This document shows positions 1 to 11,526 of a DNA stretch of 64,000 nt, one piece after another. Position numbers and translations under genes: made by a program. The notes under the pieces are model-generated. The model did no database searches. It saw only the letters and a program-made list of their open reading frames with translations, and was not told where the DNA came from. The stretch's first letter is position 1. Each line of letters starts with the position of its first letter. The stretch is from Chara braunii (lineage: Eukaryota; Plantae; Charophyceae): the NCBI GenBank assembly GCA_003427395.1, contig BFEA01000010.1, positions 2,621,202-2,685,201 of the forward strand, given 5' to 3'.

Positions 1-451
1 CACAGAAGGGTAACGTCCACAGACCATCTGGAAGGTCTGGAAGCGACTCTTGAATCGTTGCTCTACAGCGGCCCAGAGGCCAAGTGGGCCGCTGCACTTT
101 CATCCCTTGCCGAATCAGCAGTACCCAGTCTCGGTCTCACTCAATCTAGTCAGCGAGTACCGTATGAGACCGTGTGTACTGGTCCTGGTCAGTCAGAGCC
201 CAGTCCACCGAGTACTGTATGGGATTGTGTATGCTCAGGGCAAATGGAAAAGGGTAGGCAGGGGCGGACATGGCCGCCATAGCTTTAGCAGTAAGATGGC
301 GTAGTGTGCGTGTGCACAGCAAGTAGCATGTAGGATATTCAAGGCGAGTCACTGTATCCTGAACAGGGAGTCGCACGAGCGCTGAGTCACCATAGTCATT
401 GAAAGTGAGCCCGTCTCTGAGTTGTCATATCTCTGAGTTTTGAGTGGGCGC
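1..451 (-). repeat. E2 3' LTR, distal visible part (continues beyond window)
   Basis: Aligns with 35229-~35675 and resumes at 8536 after the solo-LTR insertion. Confidence 0.85.
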
Positions 452-1414
452 TGTCGTGGCAAACACCCTTACAAGGGTATTTGCCGTTGTTTTGAAAGGT
501 CGCGCTGGGTCCGACCTTGGCCACAGAAACGTGCCGATAGGACGAGTTCTGACGGTACTCGCGTCTTAGTAATTTGTTGAAAGCGATTTGATTAAGCTAA
601 GTATGCTGAGGTTAGAGAGTGTGTGGGCATACTCTTTTGAGTATGCGATTGTCGTAATTAGCGATTGCGGTCGGATTGACGGCCAACACAGAAACCGGCC
701 CCTTTGGGCAAAGATACAAGGCATCGGGGGATTAAACTTTGATAAGCAAGTGTCATATGCGTCTTATGTGCGGGCGCGATAGTTGATTTTGTAAGTAAGA
801 CTGGTTGTTTTGTTACCAGTATTGAGAAAAGTCAGTTGAACTTCGTTGTCAAATCGATGGCGGCTCGGTGTAAAGTAGTGCCCGCAACGGCAACGAGTAT
901 TAGGAGTAAGGGCCTTAGTACTACCGAGGCAGCTCATTAGGCCATCACTAGTAGGGGCTCCGCATACCGAGTGCGAAGATCGCGGCCCTGGGGCCAGCGG
1001 CGCGACCGAGTAGGGGGAGAGCCTACTTGAATATGTATGGTAGGCCTACCTGGTGGCGGATACTACTTGAATGAAGTTCCACGTGCGATTGTGTCAGGTT
1101 TGGGTTTAGCCCTATTGGTTACGACATTCACCTTCACCAGGGAGATCCGGGGATTGAGGCTAGCAAGCAACGATAGAGTAGAAGAGCGCAATTGGAAGAG
1201 ACTGAGGGGTTGAGGGTCCTTAGGGACTATCCCCCTTGGTTTTGCCGAACGGGTCCAGCCGGGGTCTAACTGGCGAAACCAAGAGGGCGCCGGCGGGGCC
1301 TCGTTGTCGTCGGTTCTACTAATTTCATTTTTGATATGTTTTTACTTGTATTTTTTATTTTTATTTTTCTTCTCTTCAATCCCGTCTTGAACCAAGCAGG
1401 AAAACTGGCTCTGG

Positions 1415-1945
1415 GACCGACGGCGAAAAAGTACCGCAAGGAAGGATGAAAGGAACCTTGAAAGAAAGAAAAGAACGCTTGAAATTGTTGAGCGATGAGC
1501 GGATGGAGAGAAGTCGTGTACCCATACCTGGTCGAGGGCAGACGGCGACTTGGTCGTCCCCATCATTGGCCAGTACGCTGGGTGCCTGCCAGCATGGGTT
1601 GCTGTGACAGCATTGCATTGGGGAATGATTGGAACTTTCCCCCACGGGTGGCCGTCACGGCAGCCGATGACCTTGAGTACGCGCCTCTTTTAGCAGTAAC
1701 GTTCGGGGTCCTGCGTACTCGGGGTGATGACAAAATTCCTCTATCCTACCCGTCTTGAAAGCACAGACCGAAGGGGCCAACGTGTCGGTGAGCCTGTGGG
1801 TGCAAAGCCCTCGAAGCAGCCGGATCCCGAGTGGCAGGGATCTCCGGCAGATGCACCGTCCGCTAGCCAGGATCTGCTGTTGGAAGGCTTGAGTGTGAGC
1901 AGGCCCGTGGGACCCGAAAAATAGTGAACTGTGCCCGGGCAAGGC
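1415..1945 (+). pseudogene. Diverged fragment of 28S/25S LSU rRNA (around D2-D3)
   Basis: Conserved LSU blocks in the correct order: GACCGAcgGCGAAaAAGTACCGC..GATGAAAgGaACcTTGAAA..GCTTGAAATTGT, then ACCCGTCTTGAAAgCACaGACC, then GGGACCCGAAAaATaGTGAACTgTGCC. Confidence 0.85.
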
Positions 1946-1989
1946 ACAGTCTAACAGCTAAGATTTGCTGTAAAGAGGTTTGAGTGTGA

Positions 1990-2837
1990 ACAGGTCTGCG
2001 GGATCAGTACCATTGGGCCTAGCTTAGTTGGCACACCCGCAGACTGTTGAAAAACAGCTCTGCAGGATCAGTGCCACCGGGCCTGGCTCAGTTGGTACAC
2101 CCGCAGAGTGCTGAAAACCAGGTCTGCGGGATCAGTGCCACTGGGCCTAGCTCAGTTGGTACACCCGCAGACTGCTGGAAAACAAGTCTGTGGGATAAGT
2201 GCCACTGGGCCTAGCTCAGTTGGTACACNNNNNNNNNNNNNNNNNNNNNNNNNNNNNNNNNNNNNNNNNNNNNNNNNNNNNNNNNNNNNNNNNNNNNNNN
2301 NNNNNNNNNNNNNNNNNNNNNNNNNNNNNNNNNNNNNNNNNNNNNNNNNNNNNNNNNNNNNNNNNNNNNNNNNNNNNNNNNNNNNNNNNNNNNNNNNNNN
2401 NNNNNNNNNNNNNNNNNNNNNNNNNNNNNNNNNNNNNNNNNNNNNNNNNNNNNNNNNNNNNNNNNNNNNNNNNNNNNNNNNNNNNNNNNNNNNNNNNNNN
2501 NNNNNNNNNNNNNNNNNNNNNNNNNNNNNNNNNNNNNNNNNNNNNNNNTGGAAAACAAGTATGTGGGATAAGTGCCACTGGGCCTAGCTCAGTTGGTACA
2601 CCCGCAGACTGCTGGAAAACAAGTCTGTGGGATAAGTGCCACTTGGCCTAGCTCAGTTGGTACACCCATGAACTGTTGAAACCAGGCCTGTGGGACCGAA
2701 GCCACAGGGCGTGGCGCAGTTGGTACACCCGCGGAGTGCTGAAAACAGGCTTGTGGGACCAGCTCCCGTAGGCCAAGCTCAGGTGGTATACCCACGAGCT
2801 GCTGAGATACAGGCTGGGGTTCGAATCCAGGTACAGT
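1990..2837 (+). repeat. 64-bp tandem array with tRNA-like A box (includes assembly gap 2229-2548)
   Basis: GGGCCTAGCTCAGTTGGTACAC or variants at 2015, 2079, 2143, 2207, 2580, 2644, ~2707 and ~2771. Each unit has the stem CCCGCAGAC..GTCTGYGGG. Confidence 0.85.
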
Positions 2838-2862
2838 CAAAAAAAAAAAAAGAAAAAAAAAA
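2771..2862 (+). ncRNA. tRNA-derived SINE-like unit (A box, B box, A-rich tail)
   Basis: AGCTCAGGTGG at ~2776 and GGTTCGAATCC at 2818, at tRNA-like spacing, followed by an A-tract at 2838-2862. Confidence 0.7.
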
Positions 2863-2875
2863 GGGGCTACCAACA

Positions 2876-3085
2876 GGCCTATGACTCGGTTGGTACACCC
2901 GTGCACTGTTGAAGTACAGACTTGAGTTCGAATTCCAGTGGGAGCAGATGTGTAAAATACTGCAGTCTTGACTACCAAGGCCCGGTACCTGGCCCGCGAC
3001 CGGTGCTGCATCAACGGGCCTAGCACGATTGGTACACCCCTGAACTATTGAAATACAGACTCAAGTTCGGGTCCAGATACAATCA
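2876..3085 (+). ncRNA. Two further degenerate tRNA-like A/B-box units (~2876-2945, ~3016-3085)
   Basis: TGACTCGGTTGGTACAC..GAGTTCGAATTC and TAGCACGATTGGTACAC..AAGTTCGGGTCC. Confidence 0.6.
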
Positions 3086-3134
3086 GGTGAACAAAATAAA
3101 ATAACCCTGAATTACTGGGGACTGGTCCCCTTCT

Positions 3135-3231
3135 GTCCTTCGGGACATCCGTTAAAATTGGAATGATACAGAGAAGATTAACATGGACCCTGCGGAAGGA
3201 TGACACGTATAAATCGAGAAAAAGGGGGTCC
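3135..3231 (+). pseudogene. U6: Near full-length U6 snRNA-derived copy
   Basis: GTCCTTCGGGACATCCGTTAAAATTGGAATGATACAGAGAAGATTAACATGGACCCTGCGGAAGGATGACACGTATAAATCGAGAAA follows plant U6. The ACAGAGA box (3168-3174) is intact but the AGC triad reads AAC. T-runs follow at ~3247-3258. Confidence 0.92.
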
Positions 3232-3505
3232 GACAATCTCAATAGGTTTTTGTTTTTCTGGTCAGTGCCTGTCGGACCAAAGGGTGATTTGCGTTGGGAA
3301 AGGCAGAGGGGATAACGTGGGGCAAGAGGGAGATGAAAGAGATGGTGCAACGAAGAGAAAAGGGGAAGAAAACGGAGTGAAGAAAGCACATCTTGGGCGT
3401 TTGCAATGAATTTTTGTGGAGGAAGATGCTAGACTGAATTTTTCTGCTATGGCGAACCTGATTCTATAGTCAGAATGGCCGAAAAGTTAGTGGAATAGGA
3501 GCTAG

Positions 3506-3880
3506 AAGAAAAAAGAGCTGCTCGGGTGGAGTCGAGGAGAAAGAGAGGAAGGGAGAACGGGAGCAAAAATTGTGTAGCTCACTCGTTTCTCAACGGAAAC
3601 GAGCGAGTGAAGAGTCGAAACGGGGTTTTTTTAGCACTGGGAATCCATTGGCGAAGTCAGATTTCAGGTATAGTGGATCGTTTTCGCGCTACAGAGAAAA
3701 GAGCTGTGCGGGTGGAGTCGAGGAGAAAGGGAGGAAGGAAGAATGGGAGCAAAAATTGTGTAGCTCACTCGTTTCTCAACGGAAACGAGCGAGTGAAGAG
3801 TTGAAACGGGGGTTTTTGAGCACTGAGAATCCATTGGCGAAGTCAGATTTCAGGTATAGTGGATCGTTTTGTGCTACAGA
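3506..3880. repeat. ~187-bp direct duplication inside LTR1
   Basis: Two near-identical copies, each with the hairpin CTCGTTTC..GAAACGAG. Confidence 0.85.
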
Positions 3881-5679
3881 GGTAAGATGCTGCGCGGTGG
3901 GACGTATTTTTCAAATATTCATGGGGAAATTTCATTTTCTTTTTGCAGTTTTGGTGAATAAGGCAGCAGGCACACAAATCAGGCAACGAGTAGATGCAAG
4001 CGCTACACACACAGAGAGAGGAAGAGACTCTCCTGGCATGCGGACTCCTACGTAAGACTAGGATGTATCTTCCCACTCTTTAGCGGGAGATTCATTCTCA
4101 TTTTGTACATTTAGTGAATGGTGGAGCTATGACCATGCTATACTCATCTTGCAGTTATACCGGTCCATGCTCACGAGTGGCCCCTGCGTGGTGTTCCTTT
4201 CAGTCGTAGCCTCCTCCTCTAAGTTGGTGTTCACGGCCCTACGTGCCAAAGCCCGATTAAAGTCGGAGCTATTTTCATCGAATTCTTAGTGATCTCCCTG
4301 CTCTTCTCGTAGGTTTTTTCACCTGCTTCATTACAGTGGCTTCCATCCTCTGACTGCGGATGCCCACTCTGCAGTCGCTCCCTCGTCCTCTCCGTAGTCA
4401 GATTAAGTTGTTGATTGCTGTGTTTGTTTGAAGTCGTCCCGCTGTATCAAAGGAGAGAGGTACTGGAATCTGATCGGGATCCGGACCAGATACAGGGAGG
4501 GAAAAGAGGTCAAGAGAGAAAGAGAGAGGTAGGCAGGGGGCGTGTGAAGATTGAGGCCAGCTAGAAACAGAAAGGGAAACCAGCACTAGGAGGTGTCCTC
4601 ACCTAGTAAGTTGGGTAATGATACTTGGCCAACAAGCATAGCAAGAATTAACAGATTGAGAACTCTTTTCTAGATCGTATGGGTGTCAAGGAGCACGTCA
4701 TTGGGTATCTGTAGTAGCTGCAGTAGTTTGAGTTGTTGTCTGCTCAGCAAGATACAGAGGTTGCTATATCTAAGACCTTGTGTTGCTACTGTTGAAGGCC
4801 GAGTTGCTGTCATTGAGACTGTTGCTGCTGCAGCTGGTTTGGGATTGCTGTTTCAGCAGGCCGACTCTTACGACGGGTGTGACGTTAGCTACATGGACAT
4901 TGGGCTACCGGGGTTCCAGTGGATTAGGCCACAGCCTGGGTTACTGTTTCGTCTCCTTGCTCGGGTTGCTGATTTCCTTCAAGGCACTGATGCTGCTCTT
5001 CGAGAAAATGGTAGTTGCTACCACCGTCCCTGAGCTCGGATGTTGTTCATAATACGCATGATTGCAATCCGGATGGCCCTTGTCTTCAATCCTTTGGTGG
5101 TGGATGGTTGTTCGTGGATGGTGGAATGACATGACCCAGTTAGCTTGACTAGTAGGGAGGAATCCGGCTTGCTGAACGATTGCGGCAGCTGCTCCGGCTG
5201 GTGAGATTGCAACCCACAGACTGCATCAAGGCCTAGGTGGGAGTATGCCCCCGCCACTTGGGGGAGCTCCACCGGAGTTTGGAGTTGACTCTGAGGGTGG
5301 GGAATACTGAGGTAACTATGTTGACCATTTTGTATACTCGGTATTGTTACCCCTACCTGTACAACTCACTAGTTTGACTGATACCTATGCATGCACCCCT
5401 ATTTTGACTTTTGTCTGTTTTATTTCAGGAAAAAAGTCAGGTTAAAGTAAAGAAATGTGTGTATAAATTCAGATATTATTATACTGTTTGACTGAAATCA
5501 GATTTGTGTGGCTAGGAAAATCAGCCTGACTAACAGTTTGCCTGCGATTGTCTGGGCTTAAAAAGGCTGGGCATTATGTCCACAAGGGACTCGCTCAGCG
5601 CTTTGTTTACTTTGATTGCTTGGAGGACCTGACAATGTTTCCATTAGGGATTGGTCAGGTCACTCTGATTGTGGGGGTT

Positions 5680-6235
5680 GTTTGCCTGGACGGTGAAACT
5701 GGGACCCAAGGCAGGATTCGGGTCGCCTTGTTGTTTGCCTGGATATTGAAACTGGGACCCTGGGCAGGACTCGGGTCGCTTTGTTGTTTACTCGGACATT
5801 GAAACTGGGACCCTGGGCAGGACTCGGGTNNNNNNNNNNNNNNNNNNNNNNNNNNNNNNNNNNNNNNNNNNNNNNNNNNNNNNNNNNNNNNNNNNNNNNN
5901 NNNNNNNNNNNNNNNNNNNNNNNNNNNNNNNNNNNNNNNNNNNNNNNNNNNNNNNNNNNNNNNNNNNNNNNNNNNNNNNNNNNNNNNNNNNNNNNNNNNN
6001 NNNNNNNNNNNNNNNNNNNNNNNNNNNNNNNNNNNNNNNNNNNNNNNNNNNNNNNNNNNNNNNNNNNNNNNNNNNNNNNNNNNNNNNNNNNNNNNNNNNN
6101 NNNNNNNNNNNNNNNNNNNNNNNNNNNNNNNNNNNNNNNGACATTGAAACTGGGACCCTGGACAGGACTCGGGTCGCCTTGTTGTTTGCCTGGACATTGA
6201 AACTGGGACCCTGGGCAGGACTCGGGTCGCCTTGC
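5680..6235. repeat. 53-bp tandem array inside LTR1 (gap 5830-6139)
   Basis: GAAACTGGGACCC recurs at ~5695, 5748, 5801, 6146 and 6200. Confidence 0.85.
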
Positions 6236-8535
6236 TTAACTCGTTTGCTTGGCCTTGGAATTAAAAAAAAAAAAAAAAAAAAAAATGGACATAAAAGGAA
6301 CTAGATGTATAATAGGATTGGAGTTGGAGAAATAAAATTAAACAAATAAGATACGAGACATTGCACATGATAGAAGCAGAAAAGAGAAATGAATATTCTT
6401 TTGAATTTGAGTCTCGCTTCAGTGATTGCTACTGTTTGGTGAATTCTTTTGCTTTGTCATTTTGATAGTTTAGTCTCTTAGAGATCGCTTATGCTTGAGC
6501 GACAGACAGGTAGTCGCATATGTCTGGTCTTGTTTGAGGTCTTTAGTGGTCACTCGCTGAAGGATAAGCTGACTGTTGGATTAGTAGGAATTTTGGGAGC
6601 CTCCGTTCTTAAGGGAGAATGCTGCCGAAATTTCTGATAAATTTACGAAGTCAGTCAAAACCTGTGAGTCTTTTGAGGTTAGACTTAGGATTGTCTTTGG
6701 GATTAGTAGAGATTTTTGAAGCCTTCCTTACTAATGGCAGTGCTGCCGAAAATTCTACTAAACCCAAGGAAGTCGAGGTTAAGTAACTTTTAGCTCAGGA
6801 GTTTATTTAGATTTGAATTTGTATATTTTCTGTGGGCTCACCCCTTTAGGGAAGATGCTGCCCAAATTTTTGCTATTTTTACGTCGTTACTGGGCTTTAT
6901 AGATAGAGGAAGTGCGATACGGAGTTCTTCTCCGGTAATGCGACAGATGGTGGCTACGTTATTTATGACGCAGGTTATAGCTACCTAAGGGAGATTATGT
7001 GTGATAAGCTTCATCAATTTTCTGCTATCACTGAATAGCAGGTCAGTTAGTCGATCGAACTGATCGATCTACGACTCAGCCATGCCCATCGTGATACCCA
7101 TGCCATGATGCTTGGAATCTCCCTGCTATAATGACATTCCCTCAAAATGATAACCTTTCTATCCCTCTTACCTATCTCCTTGAAATGACCATGAAAAAAG
7201 TTGAGAAAGCTGAATAGAAAGTGGGGGTATGCCATTGTTAAAAGAGGGGGTCGGTAGAAGGGGCATGTGGGATATGAATTGGGAGAGAAAGGGTTGACCA
7301 CGGAGTGGTATTTTGTGTACGAATGTCAATGGGATTTTGTGTGGATGCAGGTTGGTATTAGAAGCAAGGAACCGCTCCTCGAATAATAATGCTTTGGAAT
7401 GATGTGCTTAAGGCGAGTAGCAAGAATCAACTCGGGACTGTGAGAATGACTTACCCTGGCTTCCCTCGAGAGTCTCTCTATTCCCTTATAAACCCCTGAT
7501 CTGCACCTTGGATTCCTGATGTTGACCTTGAAAATGGACGTAGCGATTGTGTGAGAGAGATGGTCTTGGAAAATGCTACGGAATTTTCTTCTCTCTCCGA
7601 GTGATGGTCCTCTGAACCATCATGTGATCGTTACGCTTATCCTTATCGTGGTTGAAAGCTGGATTGGACAGTCCGCGACGGGTAAGAGAACACAGTCATC
7701 TGCGGTGTAAGCTCTCCCTCGCGACAGACGCTCTTCTGAGCCCTACACGTGAGACGCGAGAGGCTTGAGGGTCGGTGATCACTCTTAGTGGTCGTCTTCA
7801 ATATTAAAAGGCTAAACTCTTTGGGGAGCAAGCAAGCCAACACCTAAGTGTCTAAGGCACTCCTCGGTTCCATCGAGAAGTGTGCGGTTATGATTACTCC
7901 GTAAAACACCATTACGGAAAAAAGGGGTTTGTTTTCAAGCTTCATGGCTTCGATATGATTAAATCGGTTCCTTCCATTTTATATTGAGTACTTGATCAGA
8001 TTCTGTGAAGAACAGGATGNGAAAAATTATGGGTAGTTCCGTCAANGGACTAGGCGATGATCCAATTAAGTTTATCAAGTTTTCTTCGAGCGGAGGACTA
8101 CCGCGTGGTCACCTAATCGTCCTAGTCGACCGACGTATGGCCCCGTTTAGGAACTCAGCCAGCCTATGACGAGGGTATGCGTTCGGGTTCGATCCAGGCG
8201 TTAGCTGCACGTGCCCCTATGCTACAGCGAACGAGCAAACACCCTCGGTTGGCCTACCTCTGCGACTGCATCATAAGAGCTCTCGCACGTGGGTCAGTAG
8301 CTCGGCAGGGATACGCCCACCCACAGGATGGTGACAACTCCCAACGGGTGGAGGTAAGTTGTGCCTCACGCAGCCTCTGTCCTGTCGCAGGAGCGCGCGA
8401 GAGGTATGGCTGGCCCACTCGGCCAGAGCGGCACCAGGGCGCGCGTTTGTTTTCCGCGCGTCCGTCAAGCCCCGCCTAATCCTGCGTGACAAACGCCGGG
8501 AGGGTCCCACTTGCGCGGGATCGATGCGTACGAAA

Positions 8536-8645
8536 GTGCGTGTTGCCAGTTTGTTGCGCAATTGTTTGTATGTATGTAAAGTGTGAACGAAGTCAAATCA
8601 AACCCCTTTATTGCCACTACTACTACTACTAATAATAATATAAGG

Positions 8646-8697
<52 letters not shown>

Positions 8698-9983
8698 TAA
8701 TAATTAGTAGTAGGACTCTGATCAGTAGCAGCTTCGGAAAGCGAACAACACTATATACACAAGACCAAATATTCGTGACCCAGGACCAGCAGTAGGATCG
8801 CATGACGGAATTCACCAGATACAGGCACCCTAAGAGTTCACAATTGATAATGCTGAAACAGTCCTATCACCAAAAGGAACCAGAATTGTTATCTTATCAG
8901 GTTTTGTGGTTGCTTGCAACCTTCCTACCTCACAGCCTGTGCGCGGTTCGCGTATTCATCAGGCTACGTCCGTCTGTCCCCGCATGTCTGTTTCCGTATG
9001 CCTCCTCCTGTTTGTCTGTCCACATTCGTACCCTCAGACCATTATATTCTCATCTGTCCACGTCCATCGTCCTGTCTGTACGTGAGTGCTTGGGTGAGGA
9101 GTGTGTGTCTGTATGTTTGTTCGTTTGTTAGTGTTTGTCTGCCGGAATGACCTTGTCTGCATGTCTAACCGACTGTGTCATAGGTACGACCGTGTCTGTC
9201 GGCTTGCCCGATTGTCTGTGTATGCCTGGGATGTCTATGTTTGTCCATTCCCCTCTCTGCGTCTGTTTGACGTTCTGCCTGTCGAAGTTTGTCCGCCCGT
9301 GGTTGTTTAACCGACTATGTTTGCCTATCTGGTCGGCTGTCCGTGTCAACCAGACTGTTTGTGTCGTTGACTGTATATGCTTGTCCGCTGCTGCCCGTAC
9401 CGCGTCTCTACTACAGTTTGTATCCATTTGGTGTAGTTTGTGTCTGATGGTTCGTCTGTCCGAATGAGTCTGTTGGTCCTTCTACATTGTCCGTGTCGTG
9501 CCAACTCACAAAGTCGGTGGTACCAGTCCAGCTAGTCCCAGTCTGGTCCAATAAGTACCACGGGGATTGTGAACACCGTGGGTTGTTGGTAAAGGCAGAC
9601 CAACGAATCTCCGAAGTAGCGACAACCATTCATCCACTTCCGCGTGAGCCATGCAGAAGCGCTACCTCAATGACTAGTGCAAGGAGGTCTGCAGAGAGCC
9701 TGGAGCCGAAGTAGGCGAGGCGGTAGCATAGCCATATCTGTAAGTGGTGGCTGTTACCACAGCCGTCATAACTGTAGTTGTTGTACAGTGCGTGTGTGAT
9801 AACAGGGTGACCCTGTATATGAGAACAAAGAGAGTCGTGTAGCGCTGAATCGCCATGACTATTTGCATTGAACTTGAATCAGAACTGTGTTCTCGGTTTA
9901 CCATTCTCAGAGATCTGAGTGCGCACTTGTCGCTTGTTTGTTGTGCCACCCGTTTATATCCATGAGTCTACCTATAAGATAAC

Positions 9984-10054
<71 letters not shown>

Positions 10055-10063
10055 TAATCAGTC

Positions 10064-10097
<34 letters not shown>

Positions 10098-10952
10098 TCA
10101 TTTCGGCGTACTTCAGGAATCAAACAACGTTATCTCCACAAGACCAGATAGTCGTGACCTCGAACCAACAGCAAGATTGCACCCCGAGATTCACCAAGTA
10201 AGAGTACACCGAAAAATTGGCAATGCTGAATAGTCCTATCATCATCATCAACGAAGAACCAGAATTGATATCCTATCTGGCGCTCGGCGCCCAGACTACA
10301 TGTGATAGATCCTAACTAGCTTATACTACAATGCAGAAGTTCACAACAACAACTTCTCGAAGTACGAGCGTACAACGGCCAATGCCGCATGCTTTCAGCA
10401 TCAGACATGTTCCCACGTCTCACTCACAACTTCGTTTTCAAATGCTCAGCATGCCATGTGGCCCGAAGGATCAAAGCCTGAATTAACAAGTTATTATTGT
10501 TCGAGATTTAATAATAATAATAATTATTATTATAATAACAGAAGCAATAATATATAATAATAATAATAATAAACAATAATACTAATAGTAAACCAACTAC
10601 CTTACCCGCCTGATTCCGTCGTGCCGGGCGCAACCCTGCCACGTCGCTGGCCTAAGGGTTTCTGCCCTTTACACACGGTGAGTTTCGGGTAAGGCTAGGC
10701 GAGTGCTCTCTCCCTCTCTTCTCCCTCTCTTCTCACTCTCCTTCCTTCTTTTTCTTCGCGTATTTTCTCTTTTCTACTTTCATTCCAGCCTTCCTCCAGC
10801 CCATCTTGTTTACCTTCTTCACTTTCAACAGTCACACAGACTCCGATCTATGTCTCTTGTGATCACAGCGACTGACTCAGAAAAGTCAGGACGAAAATGA
10901 TAGTTTTGCGGACTGAGAGGCTTTGACCGGCGGCAGTTCATAAACAACAAAA

Positions 10953-11004
<52 letters not shown>

Positions 11005-11482
11005 GAGCGCAAACAATAAACAGAAAATCAAGTCGTGAAATCACACAGGTGTCCAGGTAGTCGTGTCCAAGCAGGGAATACAAATACGTCGAGAAACAAT
11101 CCATATAGAGCAGTACAACGAAGTAGTGAGCCCATGTCCAAGCCCGTAGGCCACTCTATCACAGTATCAAAAGTCGCTCTCTGCTTTCCGGCGCTTGACG
11201 CCCAGCCTACTCTACCTGACTAACCTACCTACAGTCGGTTCACGCAGCAAGATCACTTCAACTCTCGAAGACCAATGTACATGGCTGTCAACACCATCCC
11301 CGACCTCTCTTCACGTACCAGGTACGTATCACGTCACCCTCAATCACACCTTGATAGCCTCCCCACTCGCCTCATTCCAGAAGACCTCTAGATCGCCCGT
11401 TGTACCCCTGACACCTCGATCATGCGACGTCAAATACGGCCCCTCGAGGGCTCGTTCCTCACAAATAATAACGATAATAATG

Positions 11483-11526
<44 letters not shown>

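Larger units (their letters stand above)
452..8535 (+). mobile_element. ~8.1-kb solo LTR (LTR1) of a family related to E2, inserted antisense in the E2 3' LTR
   Basis: Absent from the sister LTR at ~35672. Starts TGTCGT and ends ACGAAA (degenerate ACGACA). Shares with the E2 LTR the ACCCTTACAAGGGTAT palindrome 11 nt from the start, an intron-flank motif, and the 3' block (8218-8410 ~ revcomp 28960-29145; ATCCTRCGTGACA). No PBS or coding region. TSD imperfect (GGGCGC/GTGCGT). Confidence 0.8.

Noticed and set aside
1415-1945. Functional rDNA unit
   Set aside because: Only a diverged partial LSU fragment; no 18S, 5.8S or remaining 28S sequence is present.
1990-3085. Bona fide tRNA gene cluster
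   Set aside because: Most units lack a B box, and I could not build a cloverleaf with acceptor stem and anticodon arm.
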